Shown here: positions 59,738 through 64,000 of the stretch, in pieces
Position numbering within the stretch: the stretch's first letter is position 1
Layout of the letters: the number at the start of each line of letters is the position of its first letter
Assembly (NCBI GenBank): GCA_937999345.1
Contig: CALLBL010000005.1
Coordinates: forward strand, 8,196 to 72,195
Length of the DNA stretch: 64,000 bases
Source: an uncultured Candidatus Altimarinota bacterium
GTDB lineage: Bacteria > Patescibacteriota > Gracilibacteria > BD1-5 > UBA6164
Direction of reading: 5' to 3'
Translations under genes and position numbers: made by a program
Notes under the pieces: model-generated
The model's input: the letters and a program-made list of their open reading frames with translations, nothing else
Told to the model about the DNA's origin: nothing
Database searches by the model: none

Positions 59738-61171
59738 ATGGAATACGAAAAGGTAATCGGTCTCGAGATACATATGAGAATAAAGTCTCAAACCAAGATG
59801 TTTTGTAGCTGCAAGAATGCGCTCGAACTTGCATCTGAGCCAAATGTAAACGTATGCCCAGTCTGTATGTGATTTCCTGGTATGCTTCCAGTGCTCAATA
59901 AAGAAGTAGTAAGGCTTGGTTTACTCTGAGGTATGCTCATGGGATGCGAAGTAAATAAACACTCTCGTTTTGATAGAAAGAGTTATTTCTACCCAGATTC
60001 TCCTATATCATTTCAAATTACTCAACTCTATGAACCTATCGTATGAGCTTGATCTGTAAAGGCTCTCGTAGATGGAAAAGAAAGAGATTTTGCTATTCAT
60101 CATATGCATCTAGAAAACGATGCAGGGAAACTCTCTCATGCAGGAGGAAAGACTCTTTGTGATTTCAATCGTGCTGGAAGTCCACTGATGGAGATAGTAA
60201 CTGATCCAGTTTTTCATGAAAAAGAAGAAGTAATGGAGTTTCTGAAAGAACTTCAAAAGATGATGCGTGCAGGATGAGTGAGTGATGCAGATATGGAAAA
60301 AGGACAGATGAGATGTGATGTAAATATGTCTATTCGTCCAAAAGGGAGCAGTGAACTCTTTAATAGAACTGAGCATAAAAATGTAAACTCATTCTCAGCT
60401 ATCGGGAGATGTATCGATGCAGAGTTTAAAAGACAAAAAAAGATAGTAGATTCATGATGAGAAGTAGACCAAGAAACCAGAGGGTGGAATGATGATACAG
60501 GTATGAGTAAATCTCAGAGGAGCAAAGAGGATGCAATGGATTACAGATATTTTCCTGAACCAGATCTCTTGCCACTCGACTTGGATGAAGACTTTATACA
60601 GTCATGTAGAGATTCTATGGTTGAGCTTCCTATACAAAAGAGGATAAGATACCTCAGTGAGTATAAACTCCAGGATGATGATGCTAGAATACTTACTAAG
60701 GATAAAGAGCTGAGTGAATACTTTGAGAAACTAGTAGAACTTACCTCAGATGCAAAAAAATCATGTAGTTATATCACGACAATATTACTAGCACTTATGA
60801 ATGAAAAAGGTTGAACTATATCTATATCAGATCTCAAGTTTGATATATCTGAGTTTGCTCAGGTTATAAAGCTAGTAAATGCTGATGAACTCTCATCAAC
60901 CAACTCAAAACAGGTAATCGAAGAGCTCTATAATAATGGATGAAAAGCAGATATCATAATAGATGAGAATAACCTCAGACAAAAAAATGATCTCGGTGCT
61001 CTCGAAGCTATAGTAGATGAGGTCATTGCTGAGTTTACATCTCAAGTAGAGGATTATAAATGAGGAAATGAAAATATATTCTGATTCTTTGTAGGACAGT
61101 GTATGAAAAAGAGTAGAGGACAATGAAATCCAAAGGTATTTAATCAAATGCTCAAGAAAAAATTAGGGTAA
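59738..61171 (+). CDS. gatB: Asp/Glu-tRNA amidotransferase subunit B
   Basis: [13 protein letters not shown]...KMFCSC...[17 protein letters not shown]...[10 protein letters not shown]...ITQLYEPI...[11 protein letters not shown]...[15 protein letters not shown]...[11 protein letters not shown]-terminal YqeY-like tail. Confidence 0.93.
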
Positions 61172-61190
61172 TCAGAGTTACTCTCAAACA

Positions 61191-61226
61191 AAAAAGCCAA
61201 AAAGTAAAACCTTTTTGGCTTTTTTA
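61191..61226 (+). terminator. Intrinsic terminator
   Basis: AAAAAGCCAAAAAG-TAAAAC-CTTTTTGGCTTTTT. Confidence 0.75.
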
Positions 61227-61314
61227 TGTGTCCATATCTTGCAGGAGGATAAAAACTATGATACTCTGATAGTATAGTTATAAATAGCTTTAATAGTAAC
61301 GTACGTATACACAC

Positions 61315-63591
61315 ATGAATGTATCAAAAATAAAATCTTTCTTTTTGGATAATAAAAAATCGCTTTTTTATACAGTATTTTTTCTTTTTTCATTTTTTCT
61401 TTTTAGTGATTTAGCTTTTGCTAATAATGCTACATGAGGAACTTGAGAAAGTGACACCATAAATGAAGTGATTAAAGTAGTAAATTATATACTAGTGATG
61501 TCATCAGCCTTATTATGAGCTGCTACTGCTATGATATCGTTGTTTTTAACACCAGGTTGGGTGAATGGAACTATTTTTGGCCTTGATTCATATATGAAAG
61601 ATATGTGGATTATGATTTCAAATATAGTTTATTTTGCTTTTGCATTCATACTTATCACGATAGCATTCATGAATATCATATGAAAATGAGATAAATGGGA
61701 ACTTAAATCTGCGTTACCTAAATTTATAGTGTGAGTAGTAATGGTTCCATTTACGTGGTTTTTCGTACAATTTATTCTTTCTATATCTGCTATACTGACA
61801 GTATGAGTTCTTACACTTCCATATGATTCTTTTGAATCAAAATCAACCTATCAAGATGCAATAAAACAGATGGAAGCAATTATCTCTAATCCAGAAAATC
61901 AAAATACTTCATGAGATCAAGCTAACGAATGAATACCTACCACTTTCATATTAAATCTTTCTCAAAATCTTGTTCCAGCTAGTTGAGAAAATGGAGCGTC
62001 AGTAAAAAAGAAAGAAGAATTTCTAGTGCAGTGAAACGATAAAAAAATAACTGAAATACTAAAATGAGATGGTGCATCAGGTCATGAAAATAGTATATTT
62101 TGAGTACTCGGATTATATACATATGGTATAATGCAAATTCAACATTTAGATACAGAAAATGGTTGGTTATTCTGAGAAGCTATTAGCGATATTACCGATA
62201 TGACTCTCAAGTTAGTTTTTGATGCTCTATTTATCATAGTGTATTTAGTGCTTATGATTGCTCTTTTCTTAGCATTATTAGTAAGAGGAATAAAGCTTTG
62301 GGTATATGCTATGTTGTCTCCAGCGTTTGGATTACTTTATTTCTTTGATAAAACTGATGGAGTATGATCTGGGAGTGCTAAATTTGGAATAAAAGATTTC
62401 ATATCTCTTGCTCTTGTCCCAGTTTATGTAGCTGCAGCATTATCATTTGGACTATTATTTATAATGGTATCGAGTCATGGTATGTGAACATCCAGCTTAT
62501 TAGCAAAATGTACAACTGAAGATTTAGCTGGTATAGAATCATCAGTTTCTCCAGACAAAATGAACTGTATGAATATAGGTTCATTTACGTTTGCTATTCA
62601 ATGAGCTGTCTGAGAATCAACTTGATGAGCTCCTTCAGGATGAGCATTTGGAAGAATTATTATGCAATTATTTGGTATTGTTGTATTATGGTTGGCTGTG
62701 ATGATGGCATTAAAACAATCTGAAATAACTGAACAAATTGCTAAACCAATTTGAGACTTCTGAAATAGTGTATGATGATTGGTTGCTAAATCACCTATGT
62801 ATGCACCTATAATACCTGGAGGATTGAGTGTGACGTGACTTAAGAGTGCTTGATCTACTGTTACTTCTGCTGTTGAACAAAGATCTTCTAGACAATGATC
62901 TGATTTTGCACAGCAGAATTTCCCATGATTATTCTGAGAAAATTTTAAGAAATTAAATGATGCAACAATTAATCTTAGAAGTGCTGCACAAGATATGGAT
63001 AAGTATAATAGATCAAGGGAGTTAATAGCTACAGCATGAAGTGCCCAAGCCTTAGCAGATAATAAGCCAGCAAGAGAGGCTTTAGCTGACGCATTTAAAT
63101 CTATCAGATCATGAGCTTTTGGTTTTGATGTATCTGAAGAAAGAATTGACGAATTAAGAAATGCATCCTCAGCTGATGCAGTTAGATGAATACTTAGAGA
63201 TATTGAAAGAAAAGCAAGAAGCGAGCAACATACTATTTTATGAACTAGATCTGAAAGAGATGTTCAAACATCAGATCAAGTTGATTCAGCTATTAGAAGA
63301 ATGTCACCTACAGAAAATCCAATAGAAGCAACTCTGTCGTCTTCGCCTAGCTCAGCACAAATCCAACAAGTTACTAACAAGGCTTGAGATCAAATAGATC
63401 TAAATATAAATCCAAGTAATAGTGCTAGCGATATAAGTAATAACATTAGAACTACACTATGATTTAGTCAAAATGATGTGATTGATTCTTCAACTCTTAC
63501 AGATATCAGGAATAAATTAGATGACATTGATGATCTAGATGGTAAAGTTGATGCGATAATAACATGATTGAAACCAACTTCTACCGATTAA
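61315..63591 (+). CDS. Large multi-pass membrane protein (758 aa) with long hydrophilic C-terminal tail
   Basis: All 758 codons checked (many TGA, no TAA/TAG). Signal-like N-terminus, at least 8 hydrophobic helices, Gly-rich loops, Ser/Asp/Asn-rich tail. A VirB6/TrbL-like role is only a guess. Confidence 0.65.
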
Positions 63592-63602
63592 TAATGATTA
63601 AA

Positions 63603-63630
63603 AAATCTCTCCCATTCGGGAGAGATTTTT
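63603..63630 (+). terminator. Intrinsic terminator
   Basis: AAATCTCTCCC-ATTC-GGGAGAGATTT plus a T-run. Confidence 0.75.
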
Positions 63631-63830
63631 TATTATATATTTTTGCTATAAACTCATATAAATCAATTATCTCTACCCCAGGGCACTATCTCTTATTTCT
63701 TCGAAATAATTCACCTTGTACTCATGCTATATTGAGCTTCCTGATGTTTTCAGGAGCAAATATAAGTATGTTTGCAATTTAAAGCGAATAGATTAAAATG
63801 TATAGTAATTGATATATAACTTATATAAAC

Positions 63831-64000
63831 ATGAAAGTAGTAATAAAGAAAGATGGTGACGGTTTTCTTGCAGAAGTAGAATGACATGATAATGTATATG
63901 CATATGGAGCAACAGAGTCAGAAGCAAAAAGTGAGCTTTTAAAAGTTATTGAGATGATGATGGACTTTCATCTAGAACAAGTAGAGAATGATAGAAAAAT
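63831..64000 (+). CDS. HicB-like antitoxin-fold protein (UPF0150), partial at the window end
   Basis: MKVVIKKDGDGFLAEVEGHDNVYAYGATESEAKSELLKVIEMMM fits the HicB N-terminal pattern (G-x-Y/F-x-A-x-V...G-x-T-x-x-EA). Confidence 0.55.

Overview
AT-rich bacterial chromosomal segment that reads sensibly only if TGA encodes glycine (genetic code 25). This places it in the CPR lineages Gracilibacteria/Absconditabacteria (SR1). The supplied standard-code ORF track is therefore shattered and often shows antisense artefacts. I re-read both strands by hand with TGA=Gly and TAA/TAG as the only stops; CDS coordinates include the stop codon. This gives about 65 densely packed genes. Housekeeping: pyrG, tsaE, recF, gatC, gatB, aspS, corA, der, rpoB, rpoC, mltG, hpf, lexA, tRNA-Cys. 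Envelope functions: GT4 glycosyltransferase, polyprenyl-phosphate sugar transferase, M23 peptidase, MscS, a type IV pilin-like fusion, an Ig/FN3 surface protein, an SLH-esterase. Metabolic oddities for this lineage: two-subunit ATP-citrate lyase and a membrane fatty-acid desaturase. Small TA-like modules: a ParE-like pair, HicB-like, DUF559. Many genes are lineage-specific hypotheticals. The most interesting loci are: (i) a translationally coupled five-gene minus-strand operon at 21.4-26.1 kb, built around an 837-aa protein with a C-terminal Zeta-toxin-like P-loop domain and followed directly by a SpoT/Mesh1-type HD hydrolase; (ii) a ~395-nt GC-rich, highly structured stand-alone RNA gene just upstream of hpf that I cannot assign to RNase P, tmRNA or 6S; (iii) a pilin/fibrinogen-like fusion; (iv) a T-box-like terminator/antiterminator leader before aspS; (v) a family of GC-rich pyrimidine/purine palindromes. 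No rRNA, CRISPR array, transposase or integrase was seen. All function calls rest on motif recognition by eye, not on database searches.
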